Part shown: piece after piece, positions 37,552-46,344 of the stretch
Position numbering within the stretch: the first letter of the stretch is position 1
How the letters are laid out: every line of letters starts with the position of its first letter
Assembly (NCBI GenBank): GCA_038153405.1
Contig: JAYOYH010000007.1
Coordinates: forward strand, 43,096-107,095
Direction of reading: 5' to 3'
Length of the DNA: 64,000 nucleotides
From: Gemmatimonadota bacterium
GTDB lineage: Bacteria; Latescibacterota; UBA2968; UBA8231
The notes under the pieces: model-generated
What the model saw: the letters and a program-made list of their open reading frames with translations, nothing else
What the model was told of the DNA's origin: nothing
Databases searched by the model: none
Position numbers and translations under genes: made by a program

Positions 37552-40482
37552 ATGGAGCACGCGAATCGCGGTTATCGCTTGAGGTTACACGTCCTCGGGG
37601 TGCTTTGCGCGCTGGTCGCTCTGGGCGATGTCGGGTTTGCGCAGACGCACCTGCGCGATCGCGACTTTCTCAATCTGGGCTCGACAGAGGGCTATCTCAA
37701 CTACGGCCGCACGGAATACGAGCCCTATCCCGAACTCATTAGTGCGCGCAATCGCTACGACCGCCTGGGCAATTTTCAGATGCGCGGCCACAGGACGTTC
37801 ACCTGGGAACTCCAGCGTCCTGGGTTTAGCGAAATCAGCACGCGCTCTGAGCAGTATCTGGGTTGGTTTAACAACCTCATCATTATGAATGATACTTACC
37901 GGGGTTGGGATTTCGGGGTGACGGTTGGTGAGGATATCCGCACTAAACTCACCGATTTGACCTTCCACGATCCGCGCTACTACGGTATTCGCATGGACGG
38001 CGCGTCGGCCGATAACCGCTTTACGCTACTGCTTAGCCAGGGCGGCACGCAGGCCACGCAGTCGCCCAATCCCAAGTTTTCCACTTTTCAGGGCGGCAAA
38101 GAGCGTTCGTCTGTGCTGATGTTTGGTGGACACTGGGAGACGCAGTTGGGCAATATCCTCAAACTGGGCGCTACTTATTTCAACCACCATATGTTGGATA
38201 CGTTCAATGACAAGGGCGCCTTTGTCCGCGGCGATACACCCTATAGCATGCTGGCGCCCGCCTTTATTACGATCATCGTCGAGGACGATTCGCCCGATGC
38301 CAATCAGGTCGGTGCCGTCGTATACGATGTGGGTATCGAAATTCAGGCCGAGTCGCTGGGGCAGCAAATCCGCCTTAGCAGCTTGGAAGGCGATGCCAAC
38401 TACGATCCCACTCTGAGGCCGACGGTAGAAGGCGGCCTTCTCAACGCAGACGGCGGTCGTCACGTCAGCGGCGACGGCCAGCGCGTATTCTACACTTTCC
38501 GGATGCCCGAGTTCGCCCTGCCCGACGCGGCCGACTATGCCAACGATCCGTCCGCGGCGTTAAACGGACTCACGGTCAAATCGGTTCGCTTTCTGGCCGA
38601 TGTAGCCGGCGATTACAGAATATTGGTTAAGCAGCAGCACCTCTTCTTCAATGAATCGGCCTACGAGAAGAACCTCGAAAAAGAGTATGTGCCCGGCGAT
38701 AATAGCTACGTCAATCCATTCACCGGTTTGAAAGGAGCGGATGCCCTGCTGAGTCCGCAAGAAGCCTACGAAGCGGGGGAAGAAATATTCAAGCAGTGGC
38801 CGGTGCCGCCCAACCAGTCGATTAGCCAACTCAACCCCTTTATGCAGTTCAAATGGGATCTGGAAAACCCAGAAGAGGTGGCCTATACCGTCGTCCGCGC
38901 CGAGTCCAACTCAACCGATCTGAGCAACCGCCGCATCGTGAGCTTTGACTACGGCATTCCCACCGGGCAAGCGCTATTCGGTCTCAATAGCCACCTGACG
39001 TTGGGTGGATTTGATGTCAAGGCCGAGTTCGTTACAAATCCGCAGTATTTTATCTACCCGATTGGGAATAATGCGGGCAAGCGATTTCAGAAGAAGACGT
39101 TGGCCTACTTCATCAATGCGGTCAAGCGCTACGAGTCGCTGTCCTTTGGCGTTGAACTCTTCCAACTCGACCCCGACTACGGCGGCAATTACGACAGCAT
39201 TCGCGGTGGCGTGCCCTTTTTTACTGATGTGGCGCAAACCGGTTCGCAAATGCAGGAAATATTCGTCATGACCGACAACGACGACAACGATCAGTGGCCC
39301 GACGAACTCATCGTCGAACTGCCTAGCGCAGACCGCCAAGATTCGGGCGTTTTTCCCGGCCTCGACGAAAACCAGGATCTGGTGCCCGATACCGATCAGA
39401 ACCTCAACGGCATCGCCGACTGGACCGAGCCCATTATTTTTTACGATGCCGATCCACCCGAATTCGTCTACGGCCTCGACTTCAACAACAACGGCGTAGT
39501 CGATTTTCGCGAAAACGATGGGTTGCCCGATTACCCCTATCGCCGTGATCGCCGCGGGTTCCACCTCTTCACGCGCAAGGACGGCCTCGGCTTGTTGGGT
39601 AAGACCCTTTCGCTGGGCTACTACGACACCAAGGAAGTGGCTGGTCGCGGCAGGGCCAAGGCCATCTACGCGCGCTACGAGTACAGCACGAACTCACCGT
39701 ATTTGGGCCGTATTCGCATCAACGAGGATATCAAACGCGTAGAAGACAGTATTCGCGATGACGTCTATATCTGGCGCGATCGCAGCGTGCAGCGCATCGA
39801 CTCGCCCTATCCGCACATCACGCCGCGTCAGATAGAGGAGCGCGACCTCAACTCGCAGTTGCTGCCGCCCGACAGGGACCCGTTGCTGATGCGCAACAGC
39901 CTAGTCAATACCCTCTTTATCGAGGCACGCACCAGCCCCATCATCGATTTTAATTTGATCAACAACATTCAATGGCTGCGCAACAGCCAGTCAGCTGACG
40001 AGTTTGACGACGGCGTAGTACAAGAAGAGGACGTCCGTTCGCTCATCACCATGGTCAATAAAGTCGACTATACGATCCGCGCTGGAAATGTTACGGTAAA
40101 GCCCATGTTCAAGCATTTGCTCCTGCGCGAACACTCGCAAAAGCTCGATCGCGAACAGGGTCAAGGCAGCACGCGCTCGTTTTCCATTTTTACGCCGATT
40201 TTGCGCACCCGTCTCGATCTGACCAACAAATCCTACCTGCAGCTGGGATTTCAGGGGTTGCCGTTCTGGCGCTACACCAAGACCGACCGCGTCGACAGCA
40301 GCCAGAATTTCAAGGAGTGGACTACCGTATTCATGTTGACCAATCGATCGGATTACTATGGTTTTGCGCTGTCGACTCAAATTGGCTGGGAGACTACCCG
40401 CCGCGAGTATGACGACGAGATCAATTCGGCGCTCAACCGCAACAGCTCTACGCTGTTTTTCGATGTGCTGGCCGGCTTTTAA
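37552..40482 (+). CDS. Large predicted outer-membrane beta-barrel protein with an acidic Ca-binding-like insert (paralog B)
   Basis: GAGGGA Shine-Dalgarno before ATG 37552. The signal peptide is MEHANRGYRLRLHVLGVLCALVALGDVGFAQT and the C-terminus ...LFFDVLAGF. It shares long blocks with paralog A, for example NDD(D/N)DQWPDE, GLDEN.D..PD.D.N, DPPEFVYG(I/L)DFNNNG..DFRENDxLPDYPYRRD and PLLMR(D/N)S.VNT. Confidence 0.7.
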   Translation: MEHANRGYRLRLHVLGVLCALVALGDVGFAQTHLRDRDFLNLGSTEGYLNYGRTEYEPYPELISARNRYDRLGNFQMRGHRTFTWELQRPGFSEISTRSEQYLGWFNNLIIMNDTYRGWDFGVTVGEDIRTKLTDLTFHDPRYYGIRMDGASADNRFTLLLSQGGTQATQSPNPKFSTFQGGKERSSVLMFGGHWETQLGNILKLGATYFNHHMLDTFNDKGAFVRGDTPYSMLAPAFITIIVEDDSPDANQVGAVVYDVGIEIQAESLGQQIRLSSLEGDANYDPTLRPTVEGGLLNADGGRHVSGDGQRVFYTFRMPEFALPDAADYANDPSAALNGLTVKSVRFLADVAGDYRILVKQQHLFFNESAYEKNLEKEYVPGDNSYVNPFTGLKGADALLSPQEAYEAGEEIFKQWPVPPNQSISQLNPFMQFKWDLENPEEVAYTVVRAESNSTDLSNRRIVSFDYGIPTGQALFGLNSHLTLGGFDVKAEFVTNPQYFIYPIGNNAGKRFQKKTLAYFINAVKRYESLSFGVELFQLDPDYGGNYDSIRGGVPFFTDVAQTGSQMQEIFVMTDNDDNDQWPDELIVELPSADRQDSGVFPGLDENQDLVPDTDQNLNGIADWTEPIIFYDADPPEFVYGLDFNNNGVVDFRENDGLPDYPYRRDRRGFHLFTRKDGLGLLGKTLSLGYYDTKEVAGRGRAKAIYARYEYSTNSPYLGRIRINEDIKRVEDSIRDDVYIWRDRSVQRIDSPYPHITPRQIEERDLNSQLLPPDRDPLLMRNSLVNTLFIEARTSPIIDFNLINNIQWLRNSQSADEFDDGVVQEEDVRSLITMVNKVDYTIRAGNVTVKPMFKHLLLREHSQKLDREQGQGSTRSFSIFTPILRTRLDLTNKSYLQLGFQGLPFWRYTKTDRVDSSQNFKEWTTVFMLTNRSDYYGFALSTQIGWETTRREYDDEINSALNRNSSTLFFDVLAGF

Positions 40483-40526
40483 AAGGCCCAACCACCTAGG
40501 ACGCAGAACGAACTGAGGATCCAACT

Positions 40527-43500
40527 ATGCTTCTTGTGAATCTTCTCGTGATTGCCATAATGGGCGGAGCTGTGGGGTTGACGTCGCGCTATTTTTCCCC
40601 GCAAGAGCTGCAAGATCGCTTTGGCTTTGGGCAAAAGCTCTATGCCTTGGGCGACTACGAGAAGGCCTTGCCTCATTTCGAAGCCGTTATGGCGACGAAA
40701 AACAACATCACGATCAACGTCGAAGATGTCACTGTTACTCTCGACGAGTTTATCTTGCCCGTGCGAGTTGCTGCCACCTATCAGCTGGGCAATACGCACA
40801 ACAAGCTGGGGCAGGACAAACTGCGCCGCTCGGGGTTCTTGCGCGCAGAGGGCAAAGAGGATCAAGCCGATCAGCGCTACCAAGAGGCATTGGAGGAATT
40901 CAAGCGCAGCTTGGAGTATTTTGGCGAAATAAGCGCTGGCGAAGAAATCGATGAGCGCACGCGGGTTATGGCGCAATTCCAGACGCTTGAAACCAACTAC
41001 AAGCTCAAGCAATTTGATAGCGTGATTGAAGAGGGGGAACGCCTGCTCGAGCAGTTTCCCAACAGCGTGTATGAGACGGCCGCTTACTATAATATCGGCT
41101 GGTCGTATTACGAATTGGGTCAATACGGCAACGCTATCGACAACTTTAAAGAAGTGATAACGCTGTCGCCGCGCGGTTCGCACGCCGACCGCTCATACTT
41201 TCAGATCGCCGAATCGTACGGCAATTTGGAAGAGTACGACCAATCGCTGAACTACCTGGACCGGCTCATACGGCGCTATGACTTTTCCGCGATGTCGGAA
41301 AAGGAACTGATAGAAATGGCCAGCCTCAAGCTCAAAGGCCTCGTCGAGGAGACCTCGCGTGAATTGGTCGCCAAAGCACAGCTCAAGCGCGGCGATATTT
41401 TTTCCCGGCGCGGCGATGTAGATATGGCGCTGGCGGCCTATGCCAATGTGCCGGAAAAGTATCCGATGGAGACGGCACTAGTCGAGAATGCCTACATTCG
41501 CTCAGCCGAACTGATCAACGAAACGCGCGGCACCGACGCGGCGCTTATCGCCTACCAGAGCGCCATTGAAAACGTTGACGACAAGCGCTTTCAGGCCAGA
41601 ACTCAGCTGACGATCGCGCGCTTGCTGTTTGAAAAAGATGCCTTTGAACGGGCGGCCGAGCAGTACCGCATCTTCCTCAGCGCCTACGGAGACGTGGCGG
41701 CGCGCATTGGCTTTGCCGAAGACAAGGTGCTCTTCCGCATCAGCCAGTGTCACCAAGCGCTGATTCGCACGCACTTGGCCAACGGCAATGCCGATGGGGC
41801 AGACGAAGCAACGGCTGAGGCGTTGAGGATCTACGACGAGCTGCTAGTCAAACACGGCGATAGCCCGCTGTTGCCCGACGTCTACTTCTCGCGCGGTTAC
41901 GCCCGCCAGCTAATAAAAGACGCAGGAGCAGCCGACGACTTCACGCATATGGTTAGTACCTACCCCGATCACCCAGCCGCCCCCAATGCGCTTCTGCAGC
42001 TTGCGCGCATCGACTTTGAGGCGGGTAAGTTCCAGAGGGCACAGGCGACCTATGAGCGATTGCTGACGGACTTTCCCGAATCTGACCCGATCAATCCCGC
42101 GCGTATGGAACTGGGTCTGTGCTTCAAGAATATGAACGACCTGACCCGCGCAATCGCCTCCTTTGAATCGATTGATTCGCAGTGGAGCCAGTGGGGCAAA
42201 GTGCAGGCTGAGTTGGCCGACCTCTACGTGCGTTCCGGCGATCGCTCGGGTGCCAAGCGCGTGCTCGAGCGCGCTATGGAGCAGGTTGACAGCGATGAAC
42301 TGCGCGGACAGCTCGTTTACGTAAAATCGCGCGTCCACTTCACCGAGGCCGAGTATCGCGAGGCCATTGAAGGCTTTTCGCAAGCGCTGGAACTGCCTAT
42401 TCGCGAAGATATTTACAACGGTTCGCTTCTCTCGCGGGGCAGTGCATACTACGAACTGGCCAAAACGCTCGATGCCAAGGGCGATACGGCGCGCGCGCGC
42501 GGCGAATACGAGTTGTCTTTGATTGATATGAAAGCGCTCCTTGAGCGCGACCCGCCAGCCAACATAAAGGACAGCGCATTTCGTACTTTGGGTGCGGGAA
42601 TGATCCGTCTGCAGCGAGAGGACGAGGCCGTTCGCTACTACAAAGAGCTCATCGCATCCAGCGATGATCAGCAGCAGCGCGCGACGTTTCAAATGCTGCT
42701 GATGGAGCTCTATTTTGATCAGCAGGCCTTCGAACAGTCTGAAATCTTTGCCCGAGAGCTCCTCGAAATGGATTTCGAGGACGACAACAACGCCGGCTAT
42801 TACCGCAAAGAACGCGCCTATTCAATAATTGGCAACGCGCTTGTTCAGCGCAAAGATTATGCGGAAGCCAGTAAGATTTTCGCCGAAGGGCTAGCCCAGT
42901 ATCCACAGTCGGGTGAGAGCGCCAACCTGGCCTTTTCCAAGGCGTTTTCTGATTTCAATGGCGGCGATTACGAACTGGCCGCTAAGGGGTTTGCTTTTTA
43001 TGTCAATTCGTTTTCGAACGATCGCAATGCCGTACACGGCCAGTACTACCTGGCCCATAGCTATCAAATGCTCACCGACTTTGATAGCGCGGCGACGTCA
43101 TTCAGTGAGCTAATGGATCGCTATCCTCGCTCGAACTATACCGAAGAGGCGATGTTCTTAGTCGGGGAAAATTACTACAACAAGCGCGATTTCGCCGCCG
43201 CTTCGCAGGCCTATTCTACGCTGCTAGAGCGCTTTCCGAAGGGAAGGTATGGCGACGCGGCTCTGTACGCCAAGGCCTGGTGCGAATTCGAGCAAGAAGA
43301 TATGGAAGCGGGAGTGGCTTCAATGGCCCAGCTCGTAAGCAACTTTCCCCAAAGCGAGTTTGCCGCCAAAGCTCAGTTTACGGTTGGCGATTACCACTAC
43401 AACAACCGCAACTATAAAGAGGCGCTCAAAGCCTACTCTGTCTTGATCGAGTCCTATGCCTCTACGCCGGAAAAACAGCGCGCAGAAGCTCTCGTCGAAG

Positions 43501-43799
43501 AACTGAGCGAAATCGAGGCGAGTTTGGATTACGCTCAGGTTATGGGCAAATTCGAGTCAAAAGACTATGAAAATGCCATTAGGGGTTTTAAGGAAATTAT
43601 CGAGAAATATCCCGATACCTATACGCAGCTGGCTGCCTATTGCAATCTGGGGCTCACCTACGAGATCCTCAGGCAGTGGCCTCAAGCTGTCGAGAATTAC
43701 GATCAAACCCTGGCCAGAGGGGAGGGCGATATCGAAAATTCGGACGTCGTCAATTTTGCTCGTCTGCACCGGGATTGGATCGTCGAAAACAGGCTATAA
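40527..43799 (+). CDS. 1090-aa TPR-repeat protein with an N-terminal membrane anchor
   Basis: An N-terminal TM (LLVNLLVIAIMGGAVGL) followed by more than 20 TPR-like units throughout (YNIGWSYYELGQYGNAIDNFKEVI and many others). Periplasmic scaffold-like. Confidence 0.8.
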   Translation: MLLVNLLVIAIMGGAVGLTSRYFSPQELQDRFGFGQKLYALGDYEKALPHFEAVMATKNNITINVEDVTVTLDEFILPVRVAATYQLGNTHNKLGQDKLRRSGFLRAEGKEDQADQRYQEALEEFKRSLEYFGEISAGEEIDERTRVMAQFQTLETNYKLKQFDSVIEEGERLLEQFPNSVYETAAYYNIGWSYYELGQYGNAIDNFKEVITLSPRGSHADRSYFQIAESYGNLEEYDQSLNYLDRLIRRYDFSAMSEKELIEMASLKLKGLVEETSRELVAKAQLKRGDIFSRRGDVDMALAAYANVPEKYPMETALVENAYIRSAELINETRGTDAALIAYQSAIENVDDKRFQARTQLTIARLLFEKDAFERAAEQYRIFLSAYGDVAARIGFAEDKVLFRISQCHQALIRTHLANGNADGADEATAEALRIYDELLVKHGDSPLLPDVYFSRGYARQLIKDAGAADDFTHMVSTYPDHPAAPNALLQLARIDFEAGKFQRAQATYERLLTDFPESDPINPARMELGLCFKNMNDLTRAIASFESIDSQWSQWGKVQAELADLYVRSGDRSGAKRVLERAMEQVDSDELRGQLVYVKSRVHFTEAEYREAIEGFSQALELPIREDIYNGSLLSRGSAYYELAKTLDAKGDTARARGEYELSLIDMKALLERDPPANIKDSAFRTLGAGMIRLQREDEAVRYYKELIASSDDQQQRATFQMLLMELYFDQQAFEQSEIFARELLEMDFEDDNNAGYYRKERAYSIIGNALVQRKDYAEASKIFAEGLAQYPQSGESANLAFSKAFSDFNGGDYELAAKGFAFYVNSFSNDRNAVHGQYYLAHSYQMLTDFDSAATSFSELMDRYPRSNYTEEAMFLVGENYYNKRDFAAASQAYSTLLERFPKGRYGDAALYAKAWCEFEQEDMEAGVASMAQLVSNFPQSEFAAKAQFTVGDYHYNNRNYKEALKAYSVLIESYASTPEKQRAEALVEELSEIEASLDYAQVMGKFESKDYENAIRGFKEIIEKYPDTYTQLAAYCNLGLTYEILRQWPQAVENYDQTLARGEGDIENSDVVNFARLHRDWIVENRL

Positions 43800-43835
43800 C
43801 ACGCACCCTACAAGCGCTACAATGGGAGGTCTAAG

Positions 43836-44504
43836 ATGTCGGAAAATTTTATAGTCGGCCAGTTTCTCAAGGGCGGTCCAATGATGTGGCCGCTATTGAT
43901 CTGTTCTCTCATTTCGATGGTCGTTGCCATCGACCGCCTGTTGAGCTATATGCGCCTGCCGTCTGAGGAAGAGGCGGAAGCACATCTTTCGGAAGTGGAA
44001 TCGGTGTTGGAAAAGGGCGGCGAAGCGGCCGCCGTAGAGCACTTCAAGGCGAATAAAGGCGTGCTCAATTACGTTTTTGCCGCGTTGTTAAAACGCTATG
44101 ACTCGCTCGTTTTAGAGAATCGGACGGATGTGGAGGATATGCGGCAGGAACTCATCACGGTTACGGAAGAGGCGGGCATCGACTATCTCGGCCGTCTGCT
44201 CAATGCCTTAGGGACGATTGGGGTGCTCGCACCGCTCATGGGGCTGCTGGGAACGATCGTGGGAATGATCCGCGCCTTTGACGCCATTGCCCAGGCCGGT
44301 GCCGGCGATCCGGCCGCCGTGGCCAGCGGTATTTCCGAAGCGCTTATCACCACGGCTTCGGGTCTGATCGTGGCCATTCCGACCATCGTCTTTCACCGTT
44401 ACCTATCTGCCCGGGCCGACAAGGCGTATAAGGAGATTGAACTCTACTGCCATGCCTTCGCCAACACGCTTATCGTTCGCTTTAGCAATCAGCGCGAGAG
44501 CTAG
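43836..44504 (+). CDS. exbB: MotA/TolQ/ExbB-family proton channel
   Basis: The classic core LGTIGVLAPLMGLLGTIVGMIRAF....GAGDPAAVASGISEALITTASGLIVAIPTIVFHRYL, with 3 TM segments and a length of 222 aa. Confidence 0.85.
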   Translation: MSENFIVGQFLKGGPMMWPLLICSLISMVVAIDRLLSYMRLPSEEEAEAHLSEVESVLEKGGEAAAVEHFKANKGVLNYVFAALLKRYDSLVLENRTDVEDMRQELITVTEEAGIDYLGRLLNALGTIGVLAPLMGLLGTIVGMIRAFDAIAQAGAGDPAAVASGISEALITTASGLIVAIPTIVFHRYLSARADKAYKEIELYCHAFANTLIVRFSNQRES

Positions 44505-44519
44505 AAGAGGAGAAGGGGG

Positions 44520-44966
44520 ATGCCCAAAAGGCCAGCACTAGCTCGGCGAATAAAGGGCAAGGCGCGCAATAATGCGCGTTTTGCGACCAGTACAGATCCG
44601 GATATGACGCCGTTGATCAACTGCATCTTTCTGCTATTGGTCTTCTTTATGGTGGCGACGACCTTTCTCAATACTAAGGGGCTTAGCGTTGATTTGCCTG
44701 GAGGCCAGGGGGATGATTCTTCGCGCGCTAGCAAAGATATCAACATCGTCATAGAAAAAGACGGTGCGATACAGGTCAACGGCGAATTGACGACGACCGA
44801 GCAGCTTGCCGAGCGGATTGGCAATATCGTTCAGTCCGATAATATCAAGAATGTGATTATAGAGGCGCATCGCACCGTTCGACACCAAACGGTGGTCCAG
44901 GTCGTCGATATCGCGCGCGGACAGGGTATCCAAGCGGTGGCTTTTGCCAAGTCGGCGGAGGGCTAG
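44520..44966 (+). CDS. exbD: ExbD/TolR-family protein (copy 1)
   Basis: DMTPLINCIFLLLVFFMVATTF is the ExbD TM signature, with a periplasmic domain following. The length is 148 aa. Confidence 0.85.
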   Translation: MPKRPALARRIKGKARNNARFATSTDPDMTPLINCIFLLLVFFMVATTFLNTKGLSVDLPGGQGDDSSRASKDINIVIEKDGAIQVNGELTTTEQLAERIGNIVQSDNIKNVIIEAHRTVRHQTVVQVVDIARGQGIQAVAFAKSAEG

Positions 44967-44968
44967 CC

Positions 44969-45418
44969 ATGGCGCGCAGAATGCAGACAAGCGATGCCAA
45001 CAACAACGATCTTAACCTGACACCCCTGATTGACGCGGTCTTTCTATTGCTGGTCTTTTTTATGGTCACGTCAGTTTTTGTACAGGCCACGCAGTTAAAG
45101 ATCGAGTTGCCCATTGCCGACAACTACGACAAGATCGACCAGGAGAAAAAGCTGAGCCTGCTCATTTCGGCCGAGGGGCAACTCGAGTTTAACAGTCAGT
45201 TGGTGAGCATGGGCCAGTTGACCGGCTTCATTGAGGACGAACGCCTGCGTTCGGGGTCGGGCACCCTCATCATAACGGCCGATGCGCAAACGCCGCACGG
45301 CTTTGTACTCGATGCGATGGAAATGGCGGTAATGGCAGGTGTGAGCAAGATCGACCTCGAAACCGGCGAAAACAAAGCGGCCGGAGAGGCCAGCGCCGCG
45401 GCCGCAGCAAAGGAATAG
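44969..45418 (+). CDS. exbD: ExbD/TolR-family protein (copy 2)
   Basis: DLNLTPLIDAVFLLLVFFMVTSVF. It starts 3 nt after the copy-1 stop, and the length is 149 aa. Confidence 0.85.
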   Translation: MARRMQTSDANNNDLNLTPLIDAVFLLLVFFMVTSVFVQATQLKIELPIADNYDKIDQEKKLSLLISAEGQLEFNSQLVSMGQLTGFIEDERLRSGSGTLIITADAQTPHGFVLDAMEMAVMAGVSKIDLETGENKAAGEASAAAAAKE

Positions 45419-45421
45419 CGA

Positions 45422-46216
45422 ATGACGTCCCTTCGGTTGAGTTCTATTGCCCTGTGTATGTCCCTTATCGCCACGCTGAGCGGATGTGCCTATCTGGCCA
45501 GCCTCATCCCGCAAGAGATGTATTACGAAATCTCTCTCAGCCCTTTGCTGCCCGAGGGGAGAGGTGAGTATCAGGTTGACCCCGACGATCCCCAAGCGGT
45601 GACGTTTAGCCACGAGGGCATGGTCGTACGGGTGCGGCCCTATACCGACGACGAACTCAACGCGCTCTATCCACCGCTCTTTGACGGGCGCCATACCAAT
45701 CCCTACACCACCGATCAACTCAATGTGGATCTCGGCTACGTGCCGCCGATTTTTATGGTGTTTGACATAACGGTGGTCAACCAGACGTATTCCAAGATCG
45801 AATTTGACCCGGCTAGGACTTTGCTTACGACCAATACCGGACGCAAGCTGCGCTATTACGATCCCGGTAGAGCTGGAGAGGGCGTAGATCCGCTGGGTGG
45901 AAACCGCTTTAGCACCTATTATCAGACGGAGCGGGGCCGTTCGGGTATCGATAAGGACATCAACTTGGAACGCATGGGCCTTATTTACAAAACGGCTTTC
46001 CATCGCTTTCGCCCCGTCTTTCGCGGCGACGAGCGCAGCGGCACGCTGACCTTTGATAAGTTGCCTCCCGATGCGACCGAGGTGGTCCTTTCAGTTGATG
46101 ACTTCGTCCTTTCTTTTGACGCGAGCGGCAACCCCGAACGGACCATTGACTTTGAGTGCCGGTTTAAAGTCAACCAGGGCGTTGTTGAAAGCCAAGTCGA
46201 TCCGCTGTTAGATTAG
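45422..46216 (+). CDS. Lipoprotein, uncharacterised family (paralog of 33524..34285)
   Basis: Lipobox TLSGCA, with FDITVVNQTYSKIEFDP and C-terminal DFVLSFDASGNP...F..RFKVNQGVVE blocks shared with 33524..34285. Confidence 0.65.
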   Translation: MTSLRLSSIALCMSLIATLSGCAYLASLIPQEMYYEISLSPLLPEGRGEYQVDPDDPQAVTFSHEGMVVRVRPYTDDELNALYPPLFDGRHTNPYTTDQLNVDLGYVPPIFMVFDITVVNQTYSKIEFDPARTLLTTNTGRKLRYYDPGRAGEGVDPLGGNRFSTYYQTERGRSGIDKDINLERMGLIYKTAFHRFRPVFRGDERSGTLTFDKLPPDATEVVLSVDDFVLSFDASGNPERTIDFECRFKVNQGVVESQVDPLLD

Positions 46217-46296
46217 GGCGCCAGCCCCCTCTATCGGGGCCCATTTAACGAAGGTTAACTCACCTGTTTAAACCGCACATCGTTTCATCTGCAAGT

Positions 46297-46341
46297 AATT
46301 CGACCAGAGAATGCACGGCCTCCGCACTCTCTGGTCGAATT
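46297..46341. promoter_or_regulatory. Perfect 14-bp inverted repeat AATTCGACCAGAGA-N17-TCTCTGGTCGAATT ending 3 nt before the ATG of the PPIase gene
   Basis: Seen directly: arms at 46297-46310 and 46328-46341. The hairpin would occlude the ribosome-binding region. This is a candidate operator or translational control element, or a terminator for the upstream gene. Confidence 0.5.
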
Positions 46342-46344
46342 GTA

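Noticed and set aside
45095-46003. 302-aa minus-strand ORF
   Set aside because: It is antisense to exbD copy 2 and the paralogous lipoprotein gene, both of which are supported by strong family signatures and paralogy.
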